Source: Desulfovibrio sp. (GTDB taxonomy: Bacteria > Desulfobacterota > Desulfovibrionia > Desulfovibrionales > Desulfovibrionaceae). From it: a stretch of DNA of 64,000 nucleotides. The stretch is taken from positions 30,765 through 94,764 of the forward strand of contig JAISRC010000162.1 in assembly GCA_031273845.1 (NCBI GenBank). The letters are read 5' to 3'. Below are positions 37,925-47,583 of the stretch, in pieces; the stretch's first letter is position 1, and each line of letters starts with the position of its first letter. The translations under genes were made by a program, and so were the position numbers. The notes beneath the pieces are model-generated. The model searched no databases. It saw only the letters and a program-made list of their open reading frames with translations, and had not been told where the DNA came from.

Positions 37925-38845
37925 ATGGCCATATCCAATAATATCATAGGACAGTACGAAGCCAACAACGGCGTTCTTTCCGGTTCCGCGACGACTGACC
38001 GTCTGGCCACGGACAAGGACACCTTTCTGAAACTGCTTGTGGCCCAGCTTTCGAATCAGGACCCCCTGAATCCCGTCGAAGACAAGGAATTCATCGCCCA
38101 GTTGGCGCAGTTCACCACTGTGGAAGAACTCCAGAACATCAACGCCGGGGTGAAAGATCTGAATACGGCCTATCTGGAACAGCAGTCCGTCAGCGCCGCC
38201 TCCCTGATCAACAAGATGGTGGTGGCCGGCGGCGACAACATCACCCTGATCAATGCCGCGGAACTTACCGAAGCCGATTATCCCGTGATTTACTTCACCT
38301 TGCCCGCCGACAGCGCGGGAGGCACCTTCAACGTGTACAAGACCAACGCCGACGGCAGCATCGGCAGCATGGTATACAGCGCGACCATGCCCGGCTATAC
38401 GGCCGGCCGCAACGCGGCTTACTGGGACGGCAGGGATTTCAACGGAGACCCCCTGGACAACGGCACCTACATAGTCAACATCACGGCCAAGGATGCCGAG
38501 GGCAACGACATGCTCGTCAGCACATCCTCGGGCGGTATAGTGGTCGGTGTGGAAATGTCCGCGGACGGCAACCATATCCTCTATCTGTCCGATGGGCGCA
38601 CCGTCAATTACAAGCAGATAGATCTGATTATGGACTACGTTGTCGGCAACTCAGGCACAGGCAGCGAAGACGGTTCGGACGAAACCGGTACAGAAGGAAC
38701 CAACACCGACGGCACCGGCACAGAGGAAACCGGCACAGGCACAGAAGGAACCGACACGGGCGGCACCGGCACAGGGGAAACCGGCTCGGCGGACGCGGGG
38801 TCGGGCGATACGGGGTCGGGCAACGGGGAAGGAACCGGAGCCTGA
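37925..38845 (+). CDS. flgD: Flagellar hook capping protein with acidic Gly/Thr-rich tail
   Basis: DKDTFLKLLVAQLSNQDPLNPVEDKEFIAQLAQFTTVEEL and WDGRDFNG...NGTYIV. Confidence 0.94.
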   Translation: MAISNNIIGQYEANNGVLSGSATTDRLATDKDTFLKLLVAQLSNQDPLNPVEDKEFIAQLAQFTTVEELQNINAGVKDLNTAYLEQQSVSAASLINKMVVAGGDNITLINAAELTEADYPVIYFTLPADSAGGTFNVYKTNADGSIGSMVYSATMPGYTAGRNAAYWDGRDFNGDPLDNGTYIVNITAKDAEGNDMLVSTSSGGIVVGVEMSADGNHILYLSDGRTVNYKQIDLIMDYVVGNSGTGSEDGSDETGTEGTNTDGTGTEETGTGTEGTDTGGTGTGETGSADAGSGDTGSGNGEGTGA

Positions 38846-38963
38846 TGACGACAGACGGCGGAGGAACGTGTTGTCCGTCGCGCTCTGCGCGCTGGAAAGG
38901 CCGGACGGCACGGAAACAGGCCATACAGGCCGCCGCGGAAGGCGGCGCAAACGGAGGAAAACC

Positions 38964-40877
38964 ATGAGTCTTACGGCAAGTTTATGGACAAGCGTGTCCG
39001 GCCTGCTTACGCACGGCGAAAAAATGAATGTGGTCGGCAACAACATAGCCAACGTCAATACCGTCGGCTTCAAACAGCAGCGCATGGATTTTCAGGATTT
39101 CGTCTACCAGTCCATCGGTACGGCCGGCGGCACGGGCCAGATAGGCCGCGGCGTGGGCATAGGATTGATTTTCAATGATTTTTCCCAAGGCGCCGTAGAA
39201 ACCACCACGGGCAGCACGGACATCACCATTCAAGGCAACGGTTTTTTTTGCGTGAAGCCGCTGAGCAACAACGTCAATTACTACACCAGGGCCGGCAACT
39301 TCACCTTCAACAATGCGGGCTATCTGGTGGACCCGCACGGCTATGTGCTCCAGGGCTGGATGATAGACCGGGATTCGCAGACCGGCTCTTCCTCAACGCG
39401 CACAGGAGCAGGGATCATCGGTACCGGTTCCCCGGTGGATATCTGCCTGGATACCTTTACCTGCCCCCCGCGCCATACCCAGAGTATTACCCTTCCTGTG
39501 AATCTGCGCAACAGTATCATACCGGCGGAAGACGACAAATGCATGGATGCCGACGCTCCCATGTTCGCCCTGCTCAAAAACTGGGATGCCTCTCAGGATC
39601 CCCCGCTCGGGCAGGACATGTATGCCTACCAGAGTACCATGGAGGTCTATGATGAGGCGGGCAGACTGCATAAACTGACAATATACTTTGACCGTATCAG
39701 CAATGTCGACGACGCTTCCGCGCCTCCTAAACAGCACATCGGCGATGGATCAGCCGGAGAATCATACTGGGAATATATAATAACGATGGATCCGACAGAA
39801 GATATGCGTGATTTCAATTCCGATTGGGATCCGGCAGGCAATGCGTCAACCTCTCCCAATGTGCCGGACGCACTGAAAGGATTATTGGGGGCCGGGACCA
39901 TAACCTTCAATTCGGCAGGTGAGATGAAAGACATGACGTGCTTTGTTCCCCATGCCGTTCCGACTTCAGTCGGGGGGGGGTACGGCACATGGTGGAACGG
40001 TGCCGGGGAGGCCGATATTTCCGCATGGGTACCTGCGCCGTTTTCCACCGATGGTTTCCCGATGATAGCGCCGAATTTTTCCGGTACAGCAGGGCAACAG
40101 ATGGCCTATTATGACGGAACCAATCCGGTGCAGGCAGGGTCAACTACAACTTATGACTATTCAAATCCGAACAGATTCGCGGCAGGGCGTATGATCTCCA
40201 TTGATTTCGGTCTTAAAAATAAAGACAGGTCATGGCATTTTCCGACGGGCACTCTTCCTGACGGCTCCGCAATAGCTTATACTGCAGCCAACGGTACTCC
40301 CGCCGGCCACTATCCGGTGGGGATGCCCAATGCCTGGAATTTGGTCAACAATCCTTGGCAAGTTGCCGGCACGGATCCATCGGGTACTACTTATACAGGT
40401 CCTTCCAAACTGCTCTGGAACGGTCTGGGCGGCTTCAGCGAGGTACAGCCCACGCGGACCACAAACCTGGGCGACAACTTTTACGAACAACCGGGCAAGC
40501 AACAGGACGGCTATACCTACGGCGACCTGCGCTATGTGAACGTCGCCACGGACGGGGTGCTGTCGGCAAGCTACTCCAACGGCATAACCCTGCAACTGTA
40601 CCAGATCACCCTCTACGAGTTCCCGAGCAAGCAGAACCTGCGCCGGGAAGGCGGCAACCTGTTCACGGAAACGCGCGAGTCCGGGCAGGCCAGTTCCGGG
40701 GCCGCGGGCACAGGCACCTTCGGCACCACTCTGGGCTATTCCCTGGAACAGAGCAACGTGGACCTTTCACGCGAGTTCGTGAACATGATCACCACGCAAC
40801 GCGGCTTCCAGGCGAACTCCAAAGGCATAACCACCGTGGACACCATGCTGGAAACGGTGATCAACATGAAGCGGTAA
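38964..40877 (+). CDS. flgE: Flagellar hook protein
   Basis: MSLTASLWTSVSGL...NNIANVNTVGFK, YYTRAGNF and LEQSNVDLSREFVNMITTQRGFQANSK. True start at ATG 38964 (RBS GGAGG). Confidence 0.95.
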   Translation: MSLTASLWTSVSGLLTHGEKMNVVGNNIANVNTVGFKQQRMDFQDFVYQSIGTAGGTGQIGRGVGIGLIFNDFSQGAVETTTGSTDITIQGNGFFCVKPLSNNVNYYTRAGNFTFNNAGYLVDPHGYVLQGWMIDRDSQTGSSSTRTGAGIIGTGSPVDICLDTFTCPPRHTQSITLPVNLRNSIIPAEDDKCMDADAPMFALLKNWDASQDPPLGQDMYAYQSTMEVYDEAGRLHKLTIYFDRISNVDDASAPPKQHIGDGSAGESYWEYIITMDPTEDMRDFNSDWDPAGNASTSPNVPDALKGLLGAGTITFNSAGEMKDMTCFVPHAVPTSVGGGYGTWWNGAGEADISAWVPAPFSTDGFPMIAPNFSGTAGQQMAYYDGTNPVQAGSTTTYDYSNPNRFAAGRMISIDFGLKNKDRSWHFPTGTLPDGSAIAYTAANGTPAGHYPVGMPNAWNLVNNPWQVAGTDPSGTTYTGPSKLLWNGLGGFSEVQPTRTTNLGDNFYEQPGKQQDGYTYGDLRYVNVATDGVLSASYSNGITLQLYQITLYEFPSKQNLRREGGNLFTETRESGQASSGAAGTGTFGTTLGYSLEQSNVDLSREFVNMITTQRGFQANSKGITTVDTMLETVINMKR

Positions 40878-40985
40878 AACCGCATGTCAGGGGCGGGATT
40901 TCCTCCACCTCCCGTCGATGCGGGCCCGGCGTGCTTCCTCCACGCGCCGGGCCTGTGCAGTTCATCCGGGTTCCGCCGGGCCTTA

Positions 40986-42158
40986 TCAGGAATTCTTGCG
41001 AGGAATATATACCGTAAACTGATTGTCGTTTTGGTCGGATTCGAGCACAATATCTTCAACAAAGGACAGCGCACGGCGGATGCCTGTGCCTATTCCTCTA
41101 TACGGCAACTCTTTGGTGGCAAACGAGGCAATGAGAGGGTTGCGGATAATAGACACACCGTTACGAATGTTTTCCACTGTCAGATTATTCGGCAGCGAAC
41201 CGGGGCTGATAAGCTCAATCCGATTATCAAAAATCATGACTCGCCAAGGAGCGGAGATGAAATAATCTCGATGCAAAAACATGTTAACGACAACTTCTTC
41301 AAGGGCATACAACGGTATTTCCAGATTACCCTCGGTATTAAATCCCCTGTCTCCTTGCAAACGGCGAAGATTACGGGTCAGGAAAGACATGGTGGATTTG
41401 TACATATCACGGATGCAACCATTGATATCTTCACTGTCACGATAATGAACGCCGGATGGTTCATTCCCGACAAAGGATACGGCCTTGACGACAAAAGCCG
41501 GTTTGTAGCGTTGTGGTTTACGCCCGAAAAGGAGCAAACCCGCAAGGTTAAGCGTCTCATCTTTGGCAAGACCTACATTGTTTAACAATTGCATTAATGT
41601 AATGTCTGACTTTTCAAGAGCATTCTGCACACTCAGGCTATACTGCTTTTCAAAAAATATACCAAAATGGCTACTGTCTAAAGCATCCCCGGCAGCGCCC
41701 GTAACCGGTACTTCATCCGCATATATCAGCCCGGCACTTTGCATCATTCGTTGTATATCTTCACGCGAAGTGACAGGACGTTTATTCGCGCCGGATTTCA
41801 TCCAGAAAACACCTTGGCTATCCGCATAGGGCTTTGACAAACCTTCGCGAATAGTCACAATCATGACTAAGCCGTTTTCAGTATGCACGGTATCTGTGAT
41901 GGGATTGATCGGCGGGCGCACATTTTCCGATGCCACACTCGACACAAGATTATTGAGTTTACGGATATCATCATGTGTCAGTCCGACAATTTGACCCATA
42001 TCATCAACACCGATCAGGATATTGCCTCCTTCAGCGTTGGCAAAAGCCACCATTTCTCCTGCCAGGGATGCCGCATTTCTAATATCCTGGGCCTGCTTGA
42101 ACTGCGTACGGCTGGTTTAGCCGCGCGAAATTAACTCAATCAGCTCTATCGGTTCCAT
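40986..42158 (-). pseudogene. AlbA_2 (Schlafen-like) plus HATPase_c_4/RecG-C-like protein with an in-frame TAA at codon 14
   Basis: ATG at 42158 reads MEPIELIELISRG*TSRTQFKQAQDIRNAASLAGEMVAFANAEGGNILIGVDD, with the TAA at 42117-42119 in frame with ORF 40986..42053. The C-terminal part has VNMFLHRDY...DNRIELISPG. GC is low. Confidence 0.75.
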
Positions 42159-42557
42159 AATTGATATATTTCCTTTCACTTGGAGAAAGCCCGATGGCCG
42201 CCTTCCATGATCAAGCCCTTTTTCACTGTCGGTCGGTGCCGGTCCATTGCCTCAACGGCTCTATCCGGCCCTGAGCGGTCAGAACATTCACAGCAATGCC
42301 GACCCGCTCCGAGAACTGCTTTTTATGCGCATTCCAGTCATAAGTTTGCCGGACTAACAGCATAACGGCGGGGCAACCATAGGAGTAATTTTTTTTGAGT
42401 ACGTCCGCTTTACACAGGAATTACTCAAAAAAGTTCCCGGCTGCAAGGGAATTGTATGCACAGGGCGCAGTCGGGGAACTTGCCGGCGAAGAGGAAGGGT
42501 ACTATACAGAAGCGGCAACGCCTTACCCGCAGAATCACCATATACCGGGGAAAATCC

Positions 42558-44870
42558 GTGAAACGCATACACCGCATCGCTTTTGTTCTGGGTCTTTTTC
42601 TGCTTTCCTTCCCTTGCAGTGAAACCCCTGCCTACGGGGCAGGACCCGTTGATTCCGCCCTCACCTCGGCCGCCGAAGGCAAATGCGACGAAGCCGCCGC
42701 CGTCCCCGAACAGGACCTCCGCTTCGTTGAAGCCCAAATCGCCGCCGCCCGCTGTTTCGCAAAACAGAACAAGCCGGCCGAAGCTATCCCCCTGCTGGAA
42801 AAAGCCGTGGCTGCCGGCCCGGAGAACGAAGACGCCGTTACCGGTCTGGCCGCCGCCCTGCTCAATGCCGGGGAACGCGAAAGGGCCAAAAACCTGCTTA
42901 CGGGCCTGCTGGATAAAAAACCGGGATCCAACGCCGCCCTGAACCTCTTCCTCGTCGTCGCCGAACAGGACGGCGATGCGGAAGCGGCGGAAAAATACCT
43001 GAAGAAAACCCTGGAACAGGAAACGGATGACCCAAGCCCCTACCTCCGTCTCGCGGACTTTTACCTGGGCGTCGGAACCCCGGACAAGGCCGTCGCCCTG
43101 CTGGAAACTTTTCTGGAGAAAAAACCCGACGTCCGGACGATACGCGGGCGTCTTGCCGGTATTCTGGCGGCACAGGGCAACCTGGACAAAGCCCTTGAGT
43201 TCCTTGACAGGGCGCCGAAACAAAACGGCGAAATCAAAATGGGCAGGGCCGGCATTCTGCTGCGCGCCGGACGCCTCGGCGATGCCGAAGCCGCCCTGCA
43301 ATCCATACTGGATGATCCCAGGGACAAGGACAAGGCCGGTGAGGCGCATATCGCGCTGGCGGACCTGTATATGCGGACCGGCAAATCCCGTGAGGCGGAA
43401 AAGCAGGTAGGGGCCTTTATAGCGGACAACCCGGACAGGCCGGAAGGATACGCCGTGCGTGGGCGCATCCGCTATGCCGAAAAAGATTTCACAGGCGCAA
43501 TCGAAGATTTCGAAGCGGTCGTAAAAAACGCTCCCGACGACCTTCAGGCCGCAGTGACCCTCGCCGAAGTCCAGAATGCCGCCGGCAACACGCAGGCCGC
43601 CGAAAACACCGTCACCCGCGTGCTGGCGCGCGCGCCGAATTTCGCCCCGGCCTACCTCGGACTGGCCAATATCTACCTTACGCGCAATATGCCGGACGCG
43701 GCCCTGATGATTCTGGACATGGGCCGCAAGACGATACCGGAGGACGTTTCCATTCCCATGGCCGCGTCCTCCGTTTTGTCCCAGTTGCAACGCTACGGCG
43801 ACGCCGTAAAAATTCTGGACCCCCTGGCAGGGGACAAGAATGTCCAGGTTGCCGAAACAGCCCTGTTGCGTCTCGCGGCGCTGTATTCGGCCCAAAAGAA
43901 CACCGCTGCCGCCATACGTGCCTATGACCGCATTCTCAAGGTAAACCCGGCTTCGACCATCGCCGCCGAAGGCCGTATCCGGACCCAGATCGGCGCGAAA
44001 CAGGAAAAAGCCGCCCTGACCTTTGCCGAAAAACGACAGAAAGAGCGCCCTGACGACCCCGCCGCCGCCTTCATGGTCGGAGAATGCGCCGTAGCCGCCA
44101 AGGATGTGCAAAAGGCGGAAAAAGCCTACCTCAACGCCCTGAAGATCACGCCCGACTGGGAACAACCCCTGCTCATGCTGGTCCGTATCTACAGCGCGAC
44201 CAAGCGTACGGACCAGGCCATAAAACTGTGCCGCGAGCTCTATGCAGGGTCCCCGGAAAACCTCAACGCCGCGATGTACGCGGCCATGCTCCTGGAGCAG
44301 ACAGGCAAGCTTTCCGAGGCCGAAACCCAATACCGCAAAATCATCGCGGACAAGCCGGAATATCTGGCTGCCGCCAACAATCTGGCCTTTCTCATGACCC
44401 GGCACAAGGCTACCCCGGAGCGTCTGGCGGAGGCCGAGGAACTGGCGGGCAAGGCGGCGGCGGGCGGCGCGCCGCAGCCGCTGGATACCCTGGGCTGGAT
44501 ACGGCATTTGCGAGGGAACGAATCCGGGGCGGAAGAAAGCCTGCGTAAATCCCTGGAAGCCAAAAAGGACAATCTCTTTGCCCTCTACCATCTGGCGGAA
44601 GTGCTGGCCGCTTCAGGGGACGAGGCAAAAAAGAAGGAGGCCGCGGAGCTGCTCAGCGCTCCCGCGTCCGACAAGAACTTTCCCTTGCGCGCCGATGCCG
44701 GGAAACTGCTCAAGAGTTTGAGTCCCGCCGCGCCTAAACCTGCCGCGTCCAAACCCGCCGCAAGCAAGCCGGCGCAGGCCAAACCCGCCGCAAGCAAGCC
44801 GGCACAGGCCAAACCCGCCGGGAAACCCGCGCAGGGCAAGCCGGCTGCTCCGGCCAAGCCGGCGAAATAA
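42558..44870 (+). CDS. Exported multi-TPR protein (PrsT-like) with Lys/Pro/Ala-rich tail
   Basis: Signal peptide from GTG 42558, many TPR motifs and AANNLAFL...LDTLGWI. Confidence 0.8.
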   Translation: MKRIHRIAFVLGLFLLSFPCSETPAYGAGPVDSALTSAAEGKCDEAAAVPEQDLRFVEAQIAAARCFAKQNKPAEAIPLLEKAVAAGPENEDAVTGLAAALLNAGERERAKNLLTGLLDKKPGSNAALNLFLVVAEQDGDAEAAEKYLKKTLEQETDDPSPYLRLADFYLGVGTPDKAVALLETFLEKKPDVRTIRGRLAGILAAQGNLDKALEFLDRAPKQNGEIKMGRAGILLRAGRLGDAEAALQSILDDPRDKDKAGEAHIALADLYMRTGKSREAEKQVGAFIADNPDRPEGYAVRGRIRYAEKDFTGAIEDFEAVVKNAPDDLQAAVTLAEVQNAAGNTQAAENTVTRVLARAPNFAPAYLGLANIYLTRNMPDAALMILDMGRKTIPEDVSIPMAASSVLSQLQRYGDAVKILDPLAGDKNVQVAETALLRLAALYSAQKNTAAAIRAYDRILKVNPASTIAAEGRIRTQIGAKQEKAALTFAEKRQKERPDDPAAAFMVGECAVAAKDVQKAEKAYLNALKITPDWEQPLLMLVRIYSATKRTDQAIKLCRELYAGSPENLNAAMYAAMLLEQTGKLSEAETQYRKIIADKPEYLAAANNLAFLMTRHKATPERLAEAEELAGKAAAGGAPQPLDTLGWIRHLRGNESGAEESLRKSLEAKKDNLFALYHLAEVLAASGDEAKKKEAAELLSAPASDKNFPLRADAGKLLKSLSPAAPKPAASKPAASKPAQAKPAASKPAQAKPAGKPAQGKPAAPAKPAK
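44735..44867 (+). repeat. 15-bp tandem repeats encoding KPAAS/KPAQA
   Basis: aaacccgccgcaagc / aagccggcgcaggcc units give KPAASKPAASKPAQAKPAASKPAQAKPAGKPAQGKPAAPAKPAK. Confidence 0.85.
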
Positions 44871-44927
44871 GTATTGCTCATCAACACAAAGGATAGGGCA
44901 ATGACGCAAAGCAACAGAATGTTTTCA

Positions 44928-44954
44928 GCGCATTTTCAATTTTGAAACGCCCTA
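44928..44954. repeat. Solo family-A palindromic end overlapping the purN stop
   Basis: gcgcattttcaattttgaaacgcccta; the final cta is the TAG stop of purN on the minus strand. Confidence 0.65.
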
Positions 44955-45644
44955 AAAACCTTCCAGATGCGGGCTGACCATCCAGGGGCCGAGGGGTCCC
45001 TGTCCGAAGGAGGCCATAGACACGTTGGGCCGTCTGGCGGACAGCAGAGTGACGCGATGTCCTTCCACGCGCAGGCGGTCTTCGGCCAGCCATTGCAGGG
45101 CCTGGGGATAGATGCGGTGTTCCAGGGCCTGTATGCGCGGCATGAGGGTTTCGCCTGTATCCTGCGCGTTCACGGGCACGACGACCTGGATGATCACAGG
45201 GCCTGAGTCCATGGTTTCCTGCACGAAATGGACGGTGGACCCGGAGAGGCGCACGCCGTATTTGATGGCGTCCTCGTTGCCCATGCGTCCGGGAAAACTG
45301 GGCAGCAGGGAGGGATGGATATTGAGTATGCGGCCTCGGTGCGCCTTGACGAAGAGGGGGGAGAGCATACGCATGTAGCCGGCGAGCACAACGGTATCGG
45401 CGCCGGCATCGCAGATCGCGGACAGAAGGTCGCGGTCGTAGTCCTCGCGGTTTTCGCAATCCTTGCTGTCTTTGACGTAGACGGGTATGCCCGCCTTGAC
45501 GGCTTTTTCCAGAGCAGGCGCTCCCGGTCGGTTGGAGATGACGATGCGTATGCGGGCGTCGAGCATGCCTTCATTGATACATTTGATGATGGCGGCTACG
45601 TTGGAGCCTACTCCGGAGGCCAGGGCGGCGATTTGTAAAGTCAT
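44952..45644 (-). CDS. purN: Phosphoribosylglycinamide formyltransferase
   Basis: ALASGVGSN, VVLAGYMRML, RILNIHPSLLPSFPG, SGSTVHFV and DSGPVI. Confidence 0.96.
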   Translation of the reverse strand: MTLQIAALASGVGSNVAAIIKCINEGMLDARIRIVISNRPGAPALEKAVKAGIPVYVKDSKDCENREDYDRDLLSAICDAGADTVVLAGYMRMLSPLFVKAHRGRILNIHPSLLPSFPGRMGNEDAIKYGVRLSGSTVHFVQETMDSGPVIIQVVVPVNAQDTGETLMPRIQALEHRIYPQALQWLAEDRLRVEGHRVTLLSARRPNVSMASFGQGPLGPWMVSPHLEGF

Positions 45645-47083
45645 GGCAATCTCGCTTGATGCTGTGGTTGTCGCATTGGGGTTGTGAGTTCCAGCGCACG
45701 GTCCAGTTTGGCCAGGGCATCGTCCCTGCCTACGGCCTGCATGACCTGGGCGATATCCGGCCCGTTGACCGAGCCGAGCAGGGCCACGCGCAGGGGTTGG
45801 CCCACGGCTTTGAATTTCACGTCTTTTTCTTCGACATGGGCCTGGATGACGGCGTGCAGCGCATCCCGGTCGAAATCTTTCGCGCCGGCCAGACGTCCGC
45901 GCAATTCCGCCAGATGCCTCCGCGCCTCGGGAGTCAGGCTTTCCAGGGCGCCGCTTTCGTAGGTCAGCCCGGCGGCAGGCGTCAGGAGGGGACGCATTTG
46001 CCCGGCCATGTCCGTCAGGGTGCGGACCCTTGCCTGCAGGATGCGGATACAGGCGAGGACGAGCTTTTCGTCGGCCTTTTCAAGGCCGTATTCCCGCAGG
46101 AAGGGAAGAAGCTCGGGCAACAGGGTTTCCGGCGCGGCGCGGCGCAGATGTTCCGCGTTGACCCAGAGGAGTTTCTGCGGGTCAAAGGCTGCCGGGGACC
46201 TGTTCAGATTGTTGCCGTCGAACAGGCGCACCAGTTCGTCACGGTCAAATATCTCCCGGTCCCCGCAACTCCAGCCCAGGCGGACCAGATAATTGACCAG
46301 GGCATCGGGCAACAGGCCGTCTTTGTCATATTCAATGACGGCCTTGGCTCCGTGCCGTTTGGACAGTTTCTGCCTGTCCGGCCCCAGGATCATCGGCACA
46401 TGGCCGAAGACGGGCAGTTCCGCGCCGAGCGCCCTGTAGATGAGAATCTGCCTGGGCGTGTTGTTCACATGGTCGTCGCCGCGCAGCACGTGGGTGACGT
46501 TCATGGCGGCGTCGTCCACGACCACGGAAAAGTTGTAGGTCGGCGAACCGTCGGACCGGCGCAGGATCATATCATCCAGTTCCGAGGCGTCAAAGGACAG
46601 ATGTCCTTTGACCATGTCGTCGAACTCAATGCGTCCTTCGCGGGGCGCGGCCAGACGCACGGACCTGCCGGGGCCGGGGCCGAGGCCCAGGGTGCGGCAA
46701 CGCCCGTCGTAGCGCGGCTTTTTACCTTCGCTTCTGGCTTTTTCCCGCATGGCTTCCACTTCTTCCGGGCTGCATCCGCACCAATAGGCGTGTCCGGAGG
46801 CCAGGAGGCGGTCAATCCCGCTGTTGTATATGTCGAAGCGGTCTTTCTGGAAAATCGGGTCGCCGTCCCAGTCCAGTTTCAGCCGGCGCATGGAGGCCAG
46901 GATGGAATCCGTGTATTCCTGCCTGGAGCGTTCCAGGTCCGTATCTTCAATGCGCAGGAGAAAGCGGCCGCCGTAATGGCGTGCCAGAAGCATGCAGAAC
47001 ACGGCGGTGCGCGCGCCGCCGATGTGCAGATGCCCCGTAGGGCTGGGCGCGAAGCGGGTAACTACTTTTCCGCGGGCGTTCAT
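45641..47083 (-). CDS. gltX: Glutamate--tRNA ligase
   Basis: RFAPSPTGHLHIGG (HIGH), LRIEDTD, HVLRGDDH and KLSKR. Confidence 0.97.
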   Translation of the reverse strand: MNARGKVVTRFAPSPTGHLHIGGARTAVFCMLLARHYGGRFLLRIEDTDLERSRQEYTDSILASMRRLKLDWDGDPIFQKDRFDIYNSGIDRLLASGHAYWCGCSPEEVEAMREKARSEGKKPRYDGRCRTLGLGPGPGRSVRLAAPREGRIEFDDMVKGHLSFDASELDDMILRRSDGSPTYNFSVVVDDAAMNVTHVLRGDDHVNNTPRQILIYRALGAELPVFGHVPMILGPDRQKLSKRHGAKAVIEYDKDGLLPDALVNYLVRLGWSCGDREIFDRDELVRLFDGNNLNRSPAAFDPQKLLWVNAEHLRRAAPETLLPELLPFLREYGLEKADEKLVLACIRILQARVRTLTDMAGQMRPLLTPAAGLTYESGALESLTPEARRHLAELRGRLAGAKDFDRDALHAVIQAHVEEKDVKFKAVGQPLRVALLGSVNGPDIAQVMQAVGRDDALAKLDRALELTTPMRQPQHQARLP

Positions 47084-47115
47084 TCAGAGGTCCTGTCCTT
47101 GGGCGTCCGGGTCGA

Positions 47116-47508
47116 TCATCGGCATATCAGGACCTTGTAGGCCTGAAAAATGCCTTCCGGGGCGGTAAGCGAGGGGAAAGAGTCCAGGAAGGCGGGGTCG
47201 AATTTATCGGTTTTCGGGTCAAGGGCAAAGCGGAAAGTTATATCCAGAATTTTTTGTTCCTTGACCCAGGCCGGGAGGGTATCTCCGGCCAGGGTGCCGG
47301 CAACCAGAACGAATTCTTTCCCGTCCTGTTCTTTTTTGAAAGTCCAGACAGGGTTCTGCAGAAGCCCGGCGGCCAGGTCCTGCATGGTTTTGCCGGAGCA
47401 GTCGGCGACGACGGTTTTTTTTACCGAGTCTATCTTGGACTGTTCGCCGCATCCGGCGGCGGAGAGCGACAGGATTGCGGACAGGAGCATTGTTGTCGCT
47501 TTGTTCAT
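47116..47508 (-). CDS. Hypothetical lipoprotein
   Basis: MNKATTMLLSAILSLSAAGC signal/lipobox with RBS AAGGAG, in the operon upstream of gltX. Confidence 0.7.
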   Translation of the reverse strand: MNKATTMLLSAILSLSAAGCGEQSKIDSVKKTVVADCSGKTMQDLAAGLLQNPVWTFKKEQDGKEFVLVAGTLAGDTLPAWVKEQKILDITFRFALDPKTDKFDPAFLDSFPSLTAPEGIFQAYKVLICR

Positions 47509-47520
47509 TGCCTTTCTCCT

Positions 47521-47583
47521 TTGAGATTGGAGCGGGCGGGCCTTGTCCGCCGTCAGCAGCAATCTCAAGAGTAAAATGCTCTA
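47521..47583 (-). repeat. Family-C repeat overlapping the HDAC stop codon
   Basis: The reverse complement tagagcattttactcttgagattgctgctgacggcggacaaggcccgcccgctccaatc matches the sequence from 35716 onward. Confidence 0.75.

Noticed and set aside
38640-38963. 108-aa N-terminal extension of FlgE or a programmed FlgD-FlgE fusion
   Set aside because: The canonical FlgE start MSLTASL with a GGAGG RBS is at 38964. The open upstream frame reflects the stop-poor G/C/A repeat of flgD, and no slippery site is evident.
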